Positions 36,001 to 48,000 of a stretch of DNA of 64,000 nt are shown here, one piece after another. This DNA is from Squalus acanthias. Lineage: Eukaryota. Positions within the stretch are counted from its first letter, which is position 1, and the number at the start of each line of letters is the position of its first letter. The DNA lies in the NCBI GenBank assembly GCA_030390025.1, contig CM059427.1, positions 186,682,001 through 186,746,000 on the forward strand, read 5' to 3'. Below the pieces are notes generated by a model. The model was not told where the DNA came from. It worked only from the letters and a program-made list of their open reading frames with translations, and ran no database searches. Position numbers and translations under genes: made by a program.

Positions 36001-39000
36001 ACAGATAGCCATCTATTCTCCACAGATAGCCATCTATTCTCCATGTGCTCCTGTGAGTGGCGCATTAGCTGCTCCATGCAGGTGGCCATCCTTTCCATGG
36101 AAGAGCATACAGTTGCCATCGCCTGCGACACGGTGGTGCTCATGTTGGTGATGGACTCCTCCATTCTCTGCACATTTGCAGACATCGCGGTCGCAAAACC
36201 TGTTAAAGCCTCCTGCACTTCTTGCTGCACCTCCAGGATCGCCCTCTTTCTCGATGGCCCCCAAGGCTATGCGTCTGCATGCAGCTGAGCAGAGCTAGGG
36301 GCAACCTGCGCCCTCCAGTGAGGAGTCTCCACTGCTGTCCCTGTCTCCAGCATCTCCTTTTGCTCACTTGTGACTTGTGAGACACCAGGTGACAACACTA
36401 CTCTATCTCGCGTAGGACCCACCGAGGTGTGCGTATCTGCACTGGTGCTGGGTGCGCATATGTCTGCTGACGGTGCAACCTCAGAGGCTGGAGGCTCCTC
36501 TGAGGAGTCATCTTCCTCTTCCTCCTGGACAGTCGAGGAGACTCTTGATGGACCTATGGGAGAGTAAAGAGATGATTTTGAAATATTATATCAAGAATGG
36601 GTAACGATACTATTATGCACATGATGAACATTCACTGGCTGCTACATCAGTCCCCATATGAGTGACTGCTGTATGCCATGTGGTTGTATGAGATGTAATT
36701 CTGTCACCAGGTTGCTGAGATGTCCATCTCTCTGTCACCCACTTCCAGCTGCTCTGAGACTTCTGAGAGTTCCAGGGTGACCTCCTCTGCTGCATTTAAG
36801 GTGGCCAATGATGAAGGGCCACCTCCGGTTCTCTCCCTCTCCCTCTTATTGTGGGCTTTCTTCTCCTGCAAGGTGGGAAACAAGAGAAGTTTGAGTGAGA
36901 GTGATGGAATGACTGTAAGGAATGTGTGGGTTACATCTGTAAAGGGTGACTGTGATGGAGTGGGGTGTCAATGCCAAGTGGCCTCCTTATGTGTTGTTAG
37001 TTGGTATTATTGCATTAGGATGAGGGTGAGTGTGAGGGGTGGTTAGTCAGATGGGAATGTGATAATGTAGATAGTGTGAGAGGGATGGGTGGATGTGCAA
37101 GATATGTTGATGAGAGTAATGATGTGCAGGAGCAGGCTTGGGAAGGCAGAGTGATGGGGATGTGATGAGAGACACAGTAGGATGAAGTTGAGTATGGCTT
37201 TGCACTCACGTTTCCTGATCTAATGAGATAATTGAAGCATTTCCAGCACTGCACCCAGGTCCTCCTGACAACATCCCTGCTGTTGGCCTCCTCTGCAATC
37301 TCCAACCAGGCTCCTTTGGTCTGCTGGGGAGGTCTCTTCCGTCCATCCAAAGGGAAGAGGACCTCCCTGCGAGCTCTGACTCCCTCCACAAGCATATGGA
37401 GGGAGGCATCTGAGAAACTGGGTGCAGCCCTCTGCCTCTGTGCAATCATGTTTCCAAGTGTTTGGAGCACTCCAATGCTGCAGTACATTGCCTGCACAAT
37501 CCTAGATGAAACTTTAAATGCAATGTGGCCATGGCTCCTTTAAATATCCCGGGTGAAAACACCATCAGACCCGCCATCAGACCCGCATCATTTAATAGGG
37601 CCGGGTAACGTGCAGGGCTGCCTTAATAGGCGTCATTAAGGGAAAGTCGATCCCAGGAGAGGAATGGAATGTGGAACGGGGTCGCGGCCTGTGACGGTTG
37701 TATCCAAATATATATTTCCTTCCTCTTCCTTATCTATCTTGGTGACATCATGCGCAGGCACTGGGATCAACTTCCATATGTTTGTTGAGGACCCCCAGCT
37801 CTCCCTCTCCACCATTTCCCATAACCCCCACGACTACCTTTGGTCTTCAGCCTTCAGCCACAGTCTGAAATTACCACTAAATATCTCCACCTCTCCATTT
37901 CTCTGTGCCCCTTTAAAAACATCCTCCAAACCCTTCTTTTTCAATGTTTAGTCATGTCTCCTAACTTTCACATCATTGCTTGTTGTCTTTTGATCCTTTT
38001 ACCTATTTTCCTCACTGTGTAAACAGTCTTGGAAGCTGTTCTTCATCAAAAGTGCTATAGAAATATAAGTTTTTGTTAAACCTTTGAGGGCTAAGAAACT
38101 ACCTGAGAAATAATGATCCATCATTATAAGTGTATCTATAGGAAAGTGACTTTTTTCTTTACAACTGGGTGTGAATGTGTTGTGTCACTTCTGAAATGAA
38201 TTATAACTAACAACTTACTGAAAACAAATTGTCTGCAGTATTAATAATTACACAGATCGGATTGAGAAGTTGCTATCTGATTTTAAAATGTTGGTTCTCC
38301 TTTCTTGCAGGAAGCCAGAATTATATTTATTTTTTCCATCAGGAAGGCAACTTTGTATTGAAAGGCCCGGATAATCCTGGAAATGGCTCCATTGTCTGGG
38401 AATGGAGACCACACTCAGGGCAACAAACTACAAAGCACTTGGGAACTTTTCACAGAGAAGTTCAGCGCTGGACCGTGCAATGGAGCGAGGAGTACAATAA
38501 TATAACAGGCATTTCTCAGAGGATACGTGAGGACTGGGGGACCCTTAATCTGAGAATCAGAAACCCCACCTTTGAACTTGCGGGATTGTTCACCTGGACT
38601 CAGACACAGCCCAGTAAGAAAATCCTGAAACAGTATGAAGTATTTGAGATCAAAGGTAAGTAGCACAACAAATGGAAAGGATTCAATCATATAATTTTTT
38701 TGTGAGTAATTCCACAAATATTCCGAACAGAATTTTGGGATGATGTCCTGATCCTCCAGTTCAACACCCAGCCTAGAATAAATCTCATTAAAAGCAGCAA
38801 GGTGGGTAAAAATCCTCTGTGCATTAGAACTAGTGGATGCACTAAGGGCTAGTAATTTTAATAGTTAGCTTTAGCATATTGTTGCAATTTTTGTCCATCC
38901 TTCTAAAATTCCTGAGACAATGGCCTTGGAGGAGGATGGAGCGGGTGGCGATGGTATGGAATTCGTGGCGAGGGCCGAAGACGATGGCTTCAGTCTCCCA

Positions 39001-42000
39001 AATATTTAACTGGAGGAAATTGTGGCTCATCTTGACTAGGTGTTAGACAAGTGATCTGACAGCACAGAGGCAGTGGAGGGATTCATAGAATCATAGGATC
39101 ATAGAATTTTACAGCACAGAAGGAGGCCATTCATCCCATCTTGTCCGTGCCGGACGCCAAAGGCTATCCAGCCTAATCCCACTTTCCAGCACTTGGTCCA
39201 AATCCTTGTAGTTTACAGCACTTCAAGTGCACATCCAAGTACTTTTTAAATGTGATGAGGGTTTCTGCCTCTACCACCCTTTCAGGCAGTGAGTTCCAGA
39301 TCCCCACCACCCTCTGGGTGAAAAAATTTCTCCTCAAATCCCCTCTAAACCTCCGACCAATTACTTTAAATCTATGGCCCCTGGTTATCGACCCCTCTGC
39401 TTAGGGATATAAGTCCTTCCTATCCACTCTATCTAGGCCAGTCATAATTTTATACACCTCAATTAGGTCTCCCCTCAGCATCCTCTGTTCCAAAGAAAAT
39501 AACTCTAGCCTATCCAATCTTTCCTCATAGCTAAAATTCCTCAGCCCAGGCATCATCCTCGTAATTCTCCGCTGCACCCTCTCTAATGCAATCACATCTT
39601 TCCTGTAATGTGGTGACCAGAACTGTACGCAGTATTCCAGCTGCGGCCTAACCAGTACTTTATACAGTTCAAGCATAACCTATATGCCTCGGCTGATAAA
39701 GGCAAGTATCCCGTATGCCTTCTTAACCACCTTATCTACCTGTCTTGCTACCTTCAGGGATCTGTGGACATGCACTCCAAGGTCCCTCTGATCTTCTGCA
39801 CTTCTCCGTGTCCTATCATTTATTGTGTATTTCCTTGCCTTCTTAGCCCTCCCCAAATGAATTACCTCAAACTTCTCCGGATTGAATTCCATTTGCCACT
39901 GTTCTACTCACCTGACCAATCCATTGATATCTTCCTGCAGTCTACAGCCTTCTTCTTCATTATCAACCACATGACCAATTTTTGTATCATCTGCAAACTT
40001 CTTCATCATACTTCCTACATTCAAGTCCAAATCATTGATATATAGCACAAACAGCAAAGGACCCAGTACTAAGACATGCAGAACCCTACTGCAAACAGCC
40101 TTCCAGTCACAAAAACACCCTTCGACCATTACCCTTTGTTTCCTGCCTCTGAGCCAATATTGGATCCAACTTGCCACTTAGCCTTAGATCCCATGGGCTT
40201 TTACTTCCATGACCAGTCTGCCATGTGGGACCTTATCAAAAGCCTTGCTAAAATCCATATAGACTACATCAAACGCATTACCCTCATTGACCCTCCTTGT
40301 TACTTCCTCAAAAAATTCAATCAAGTTAGTCAGACACGACCTTCCCTTAACAAATCCATGCTGACTGCTCCTGATTAATCCGTGTCTTTCGAAATGAAGA
40401 TTTATCCTGTCCTTCAGAATTTTTTCAAATAATTTTCCTACCACTGAGGTTAGGCTGACTGGCCTGTAATTACTCGGTCTCTCCCTTTCTCCCTTTTTAA
40501 ACAATGTACCACATTAGCAGTCCTCCAGTCCTCTAGCACCACACCTGTAGACAGAGAGGATTGGAAAATAATGGTCAGAGCCTCTGCTATTTCCTCTCTT
40601 ACTTCTCTTAACAGTCTGGGATACATTTCATCTAGGCCTGGGGATTTATCCACTTTCAAAAATGCTAAACCTCTTAATACTTCCTCTTTCGCTATGTTTA
40701 TTTCATCTAATATTTCACACTCCTCCACCCTGATTGCAATTTCTGCATCGTCCCTCTCTTTTGTGAAAATAGACGCAAAGTATTCATTAAGAACCATACC
40801 CATGTCTTCCGCATCCACACACTGGTTACCTTTATGGTCTCTACTCTTACTTTAGTTATCCTCTTGCTCTTAATGTATTTACAAAACATCTTTGGGTTTT
40901 CCTTGATTTTACTTGCCAATATGTTTTCATGCCCTCTCTTTGCTTTCCTAATTTCCTTTTTAATTGCACCCCTGCACTCTCTATACTCCTCTAGGTTTTC
41001 TGCAGTATTGAGCCCTCAGTATCTGTCATAAGCTTCCCTTTTTTTCTTTATCCTAACCTGTATGCCCCTTGACATCCAGGGAGCTCTAGATTTGTTAGTC
41101 CCACCCTTTTTCTTTAAGGGAACATACTTGCTCTGAACCTATCACTATCTCCTCCTTGAATGCCTCCCACTGCCCTGACACTGATTGACCTTCAAGTTTC
41201 TGTCTCCAGTCCACTTTGGATAAATCACATCTCAGCTTCGTAAAATTAGCTTTTCCCCAATTGGGAGCTTTTCTTCCTGGTCTATCCTTGTCCTTTTCCA
41301 TATCTATGCTAAATCTAACTGAATTATGATCACTACCACCAAAATGCTCTCCTATTGATACCCTTTCCACCTGCCCAGCTTCATTCCCTAAAACTAGGTC
41401 CAGAACCATTCCCTAAAACTAGGTCCAGAACCACCCCCTTCTTGTTGGGCTTGCTACGTACTGACTAATAAAATTCTCCTGAATGCATTTTAAGAATTCT
41501 GCTTTCACACTAATTTTATCCCAGTTAATATTAGGAAAGTTGAAATCCCCTACTATTACTGCCCTATATTTGCACGTCTCAGAAATTTGCCTACATATTT
41601 GCTCTTCTATCCCTCTCTGACTGTTTGGGGGTCTATAGTACAATCGTAGAAGTGTGATTGCCCCTTTTTTGCTTTTCAGTTACCCATATGGGCTCGTTGG
41701 ATGATCCTTCTAAGATATCCTCGCTCCTCATAGCTGTAATTGTTTCTTTAATCAATATTACAAACCCCCCCTCCTTTTTTATCCGCCTCTCTATCTCGTC
41801 TGAATACCCTGTAACCAGAAATGTTGAGCTGCCATTCCTGCCCTTCTTTCAACCATGTCTCAGAAATAGCTATAATATCATACTCCCAAGTGTCTATCTG
41901 TGCCCTCAGTTAATCTGCTTTATTCCCTAGACTCCTTGTGTTGAAGTATATACCATTCAGCACTGCCAACCTCCCTTGTTCTCTATTTTCTAGCCTTTGC

Positions 42001-45000
42001 TTCCTCTGTCTTCCAAACTCACTTACTAATTTTCTGCCTTCCATCCCAGCTCTGCTTCTCTCCCTTCTGAATCAACTCTCAGGTTCCATCCCCCTGCCAA
42101 GCTAGTTTAAACCCTCCCCAACCGCACTAGCAACCCCCCCTCCCCCCGCGAGGATATTGGTCCCGGTTCTGTTGAAGTGTAACCCGTCCGGCTTGTACAA
42201 GTCCCACCTCCTCCAGAAATGGTCCAAATGCCTCAGGAATCTAAAGCCCTCCCTCCTGCACTATCTCCCCAGACACACATTCATCTGCTCCAGCCTCCTA
42301 TTTCTGTACTCACTAGCACGTGGCACTGGGAGTAATCCGGAGATTACTACCTTTGAGGTCCTGCTTTTTAATCTCTTTCCTAGCTCCCTAAAATCTGCCT
42401 ACAGGACATCATCCCTCTTTCTACCTATGTCGTTGGCACCGATATGGACCACGACTTCTGGCTGTTCACTCTCCCACCTCCGAATGTCCTGCAGCCACTC
42501 AGTGACATCCTTGACCCTGGCACCAGGGAGGCAACATAGTATCCTGGAGTCACGTCTACGGCCGCATAAATGCCCGTCTGCTTCCCTAACTATCGAATCC
42601 CCTTATGAGTATTGCTCATCCACTCTTCTTCCTCCCCCCCTGTGAAGCTGAACCACCCATGGTGCCATGGACGTGGCTCTGGCTGCACTCCCCAGAGGAA
42701 CCTTCGCCCTCACCAGTATTCAGAGCTGAGCAGAGTAAGCGAGCGAGATGTACTCAGGGGACACCTGCCCTACCTGCCTGGTCCTCCTCTTCTCTCTGGC
42801 GGTCACCCATTCCCTCTCTGCCTGCACAATATTAAGCTGCGGGGTGACCAACTCCTGAAGCGTGCTATCCACGATGTTCTCAGCCTTGCGGATGCACTGC
42901 AGTGACTCCAGCCACCGCTCAAGGTCTGAACACGGAGCTCGAGCTGCTGTAGCTGGTGACACTTCACACACATGTGGTCGTCCAGGCCACGAGAAGTGAC
43001 CAGGATTTCCCACATGGCTCAGGATGGGCATTGCACGGGACTGAGCTGCCCTGCCATGCCTTTACTTTGTAGACTATTAACTAGACACACTTACCAGCTA
43101 CTCACCAATCAGATCCTTCCCTTGTGCTGACGTCACTTTTTAATTCTGACGTCACTCTTTCAAATTCTGTCTTTGTTGAGTTGCTCCCGCTCAGGTCCGC
43201 TGCCTCCGCTCTCGGGCCTTCCTCTGCCGCGCTGTTTATTTGCTCCACCTCCGCTCTCACTCCCGCTCAGGTCCCTGCTGCCCTGTGATGTCAATCCTTG
43301 ATTTTTCTGTTTGAAAGCTTTGTCCAGTGGCGCTGCTCCCGGTCCTCTCACTGTTCCTCCCGCCGTTCCTCTCGCCGCTCCTCTCATCGCTCCTCTCGCC
43401 GTTCCTCTCGCCGCTCCTCTCATCACTCCTCTCGCCGTTCCTCTCGCCGTTCCTCTCATCGCTCCTCTCGCCGTTCCTCTCGCCGCTCCTCTCGCCGTTC
43501 CTCTCGCCGCTCCTCTCGCCGCTCCTCTCGCCGCTCCTCTCATCGCTCCTCTCGCCGTTCCTCTCGCCGTTCCTCTCGCCGCTCCTCTCGCCGCTCCTCT
43601 CACTGTTCCTCCCGCCGTTCCTCTCGCCGCTCCTCCCGCCGTTCCTCTCGCCGCTCCTCTCGCCGCTCCTCTCGCCGTTCCTCTCGCCGCTCCTCTCATC
43701 GCTCCTCTCGCCGTTCCTCTCGCCGTTCCTCTCGCCGCTCCTCTCGCCGCTCCTCTCGCCGCTCCTCTCACAAGTTTTATACCAACGCTCCTCTCGCCAC
43801 TCCTCTCGCCGTTCCTCTCGCCGTTCCTCTCGCCGCTCCTCTCGCCACTCCTCTCGCCGCTCCTCTTGCTGTTCCTCTCGCCGCTCCTCTCACAATCTTT
43901 ATACCAACACTCCTCTCGCCACTCCTCTCGCCGCTCCTCTCGCCGCTCCTCTCGCCGCTCCTCTCGCCGCTCCTCTCGCCGCTCCTCTCGCCGTTCCTCT
44001 CGTCGCTCCTCTCGCTGTTCCTCTCGCTGTTCCTCTCATCACTCCTCTCGCCGTTCCTCTCGTCGCTCCTCTCGCTGTTCCTCTCGCTGTTCCTCTCGTC
44101 ACTCCTCTCGCTGTTCCTCTCGCTGTTCCTCTCGCCGTTCCTCTCGCCGTTCCTCTCATCGCTCCTCACGCTGTTCCTCTCGCCGTTCCTCTCACCGTTC
44201 CTCTCGCCGTTCCTCTCGCTGTTCCTCTCGCCGTTCCTCTCGCCGTTCCTCTCATCGCTCCTCACGCTGTTCCTCTCGCCGTTCCTCTCATCGCTCCTCA
44301 CGCTGTTCCTCTCGCCGTTCCTCTCACCGTTCCTCTCGCCGTTCCTCTCGCTGTTCCTCTCGCTGTTCCTCTCGCCGCTCCTCTCGCCGCTCCTCTCGCC
44401 GTTCCTCTCGCCGTTCCTCTCATCACTCCTCTCGCCGTTCCTCTCGTCGCTCCTCTCGCTGTTCCTCTCGCCGCTCCTCTCGCCGCTCCTCTCTCCGTTC
44501 CTCTCGCCGCTCCTCTCGCCGTTCCTCTCGCCGCTCCTCTCGCCGTTCCTCTCGCCGTTCCTCTCGCCGCTCCACTCGCCGCTCCTCTCGCCGCTCCTCT
44601 CGCCGCTCCTCTCTCCGTTCCTCTCGCCGCTCCTCTCGCCGTTCCTCTCGTCGTTCCTCTCGCTGTTCCTCTCGCTGTTCCTCTCGCCGTTCCTCTCATC
44701 GCTCCTCTCGCCGTTCCTCTCGCCGTTCCTCTCGCCGTTCCTCTCGCTGTTCCTCTCGCCGTTCCTCTCATCACTCCTCTCGCCGTTCCTCTCGTCGTTC
44801 CTCTCGCTGTTCCTCTCTCCGTTCCTCTCTCCGTTCCTCTCGCTGTTCCTCTCGCCGTTCCTCTCTCCGCTCCTCTCATCACTCCTCTCGCTGTTCCTCT
44901 CGCCATTCCTCTCGCTGTTCCTCTCGCCGCTCCTCTCGCCGTTCCTCTCTCCGTTCCTCTCGCCGTTCCTCTCGCTGTTCCTCTCGCTGTTCCTCTCGCC

Positions 45001-48000
45001 GTTCCTCTCGCCGTTCCTCTCGACGTTCCTCTCGCCGCTCCTCTCGCCGTTCCTCTCGCCGTTCCTCTCGCTGTTCCTCTCGCCGTTCCTCTCGCCGTTC
45101 CTCTCGCCGTTCCTCTCACTCCTCTCGCCGCTCCTCTCGCCGTTCCTCTCGCCGTTCCTCTCGCCGTTCCTCTCGCCGTTCCTCTCGCCGTTCCTCTCGC
45201 TGTTCCTCTCACCGTTCCTCTCGCTGTTCCTCTCGCCGTTCCTCTCGCCGTTCCTCTCACTCCTCTCGCCGCTCCTCTCGCCGTTCCTCTCGCCGTTCCT
45301 CTCACTCCTCTCGCCGCTCCTCTCGCTGTTCCTCTCGCCGCTCCTCTCGCCGCTCCTCTCGCCGTTCCTCTCGCCGTTCCTCTCGCTGTTCCTCTCGCCG
45401 TTCCTCTCGCCGTTCCTCTCGCCGTTCCTCTCACTCCTCTCGCCGCTCCTCTCGCCGTTCCTCTCGCCGTTCCTCTCGCCGTTCCTCTCGCCGTTCCTCT
45501 CGCCGTTCCTCTCGCTGTTCCTCTCACCGTTCCTCTCGCTGTTCCTCTCGCCGTTCCTCTCGCCGTTCCTCTCACTCCTCTCGCCGCTCCTCTCGCCGTT
45601 CCTCTCGCCGTTCCTCTCACTCCTCTCGCCGCTCCTCTCGCTGTTCCTCTCGCCGCTCCTCTCGCCGCTCCTCTCGCCGTTCCTCTCGCCGTTCCTCTCG
45701 CTGTTCCTCTCGCCGCTCCTCTCGCTGTTCCTCTCGCTGTTCCTCTCGCTGTTCCTCTCGCCGTTCCTCTCGCTGTTCCTCTCGCCGCTCCTCTCGCTGT
45801 TCCTCTCGCTGTTCCTCTCGCTGTTCCTCTCGCTGTTCCTCTCGCTGTTCCTCTCACTCCTCTCGCCGCTCCTCTCGCTGTTCCTCTCGCCGCTCCTCTC
45901 GCCGCTCCTCTCGCCGTTCCTCTCGCCGTTCCTCTCGCTGTTCCTCTCGCCGCTCCTCTCGCCGCTCCTCTCGCTGTTCCTCTCGCCATTCCTCTCGCCG
46001 TTCCTCTCGCCGTTCCTCTCGCTGTTCCTCTCGCCATTCCTCTCGCCGTTCCTCTCGCCGTTCCTCTCGCTGTTCCTCTCGCCGCTCCTCTCGCTGTTCC
46101 TCTCGCCGTTCCTCTCGCTGTTCCTCTCGCCGCTCCTCTCGCTGTTCCTCTCGCTGTTCCTCTCGCTGTTCCTCTCGCCGTTCCTCTCGCCGTTCCTCTC
46201 GCTCCTCTCGCCGTTCCTCTCGCCGTTCCTCTCGCCGTTCCTCTCGCTGTTCCTCTCGCTGTTCCTCTCGCCGTTCCTCTCGCCGTTCCTCTCACTCCTC
46301 TCGCCGCTCCTCTCGCCGTTCCTCTCGCCGTTCCTCTCGCTGTTCCTCTCGCCGCTCCTCTCGCCGCTCCTCTCGCCGCTCCTCTCGCCGTTCCTCTCGC
46401 TGTTCCTCTCGCCGCTCCTCTCGCTGTTCCTCTCGCTGTTCCTCTCTCCGCTCCTCTCATCGCTCCTCTCGCCGTTCCTCTCGCCGTTCCTCTCGCCGTT
46501 CCTCTCGCCGTTCCTCTCGCCGTTCCTCTCGCCGTTCCTCTCGTCGTTCCTCTCGCCGCTCCTCTCATTGCTCCTCTCGCCGCTCCTCTCGCCGTTCCTC
46601 TCGCCGCTCCTCTCATCGCTCCTCTCGCCGCTCCTCTCGCCGTTCCTCTCGTCGTTCCTCTCGCCGCTCCTCTCGCCGTTCCTCTCGCCGTTCCTCTCGC
46701 CGTTCCTCTCGCCGCCGTTCCTCTCGCCGCTCCTCTCATTGCTCCTCTCGCCGTTCCTCTCGCCGTTCCTCTCATCGCTCCTCTCGCCGCTCCTCTCGCC
46801 GCTCCTCTCGCCGTTCCTCTCGCCGCTCCTCTCGCCGTTCCTCTCGCCGTTCCTCTCATCGCTCCTCTCGCCGCTCCTCTCGCCGCTCCTCTCGCCGCTC
46901 CTCTCGCCGTTCCTCTCGCCGTTCCTCTCGCCGTTCCTCTCGCCGCTCCTCTCGCCGTTCCTCTCGCCGTTCCTCTCGCCGTTCCTCTCGCCGTTCCTCT
47001 CGTCGTTCCTCTCGCCGCTCCTCTCTCCGCTCCTCTCATCACTCCTCTCGCCGTTCCTCTCGCCGTTCCTCTCGCCGCTCCTCTCATCGCTCCTCTCGCC
47101 GTTCCTCTCGTCGTTCCTCTCGCCGCTCCTCTCATTGCTCCTCTCGCCGTTCCTCTCGCCGTTCCTCTCGCCGTTCCTCTCGCCGTTCCTCTCATCGCTC
47201 CTCTCGCCGCTCCTCTCGCCGTTCCTCTCGCCGTTCCTCTCGCCGTTCCTCTCATCGCTCCTCTCGCCGCTCCTCTCGCCGTTCCTCTCATCACTCCTCT
47301 CGCCGTTCCTCTCGCCGTTCCTCTCATCACTCCTCTCGCTGTTCCTCTCGCCGTTCCTCTCGCTGTTCCTCTCGGCGTTCCTCTCGTCGTTCCTCTCGCC
47401 GTTCCTCTCGCCGTTCCTCTCGCCGTTCCTCTCGCCGTTCCTCTCGCCGTTCCTCTCGCCGTTCCTCTCGCCGTTCCTCTCGCCGCTCCTCTCGCCGTTC
47501 CTCTCGCCGTTCCTCTCATCACTCCTCTCGCTGTTCCTCTCGCCGTTCCTCTCGCTGTTCCTCTCGGCGTTCCTCTCGTCGTTCCTCTCGCCGTTCCTCT
47601 CGCCGTTCCTCTCGCCGTTCCTCTCGCCGTTCCTCTCGCCGTTCCTCTCGCCGTTCCTCTCGCCGTTCCTCTCATCACTCCTCTCGCTGTTCCTCTCATC
47701 ACTCCTCTCGCTGTTCCTCTCGCCGTTCCTCTCGGCGTTCCTCTCGCCGTTCCTCTCGGCGTTCCTCTCGTCGTTCCTCTCGCCGCTCCTCTCTCCGCTC
47801 CTCTCGCCGCTCCTCTCGCCGTTCCTCTCGCCGCTCCTCTCTCCGCTCCTCTCGCCGCTCCTTGCACCGTTCCTCTCGCTGTTCCTCTCGCCGCTCCTCT
47901 CATCGCTCCTCTCGCCGTTCCTCTCGCCGCTCCTCTCGCCGTTCCTCTCTCCGCTCCTCTCTCCGCTCCTCTCGTCGCTCCTCTCGCCGCTCCTCTCATC

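Noticed and set aside
28231-38310. Two separate four-domain genes in tandem
   Set aside because: I saw no TM or leader exon copy between D4 and D5, and the splice phases join them in frame. Not fully excluded without transcripts.
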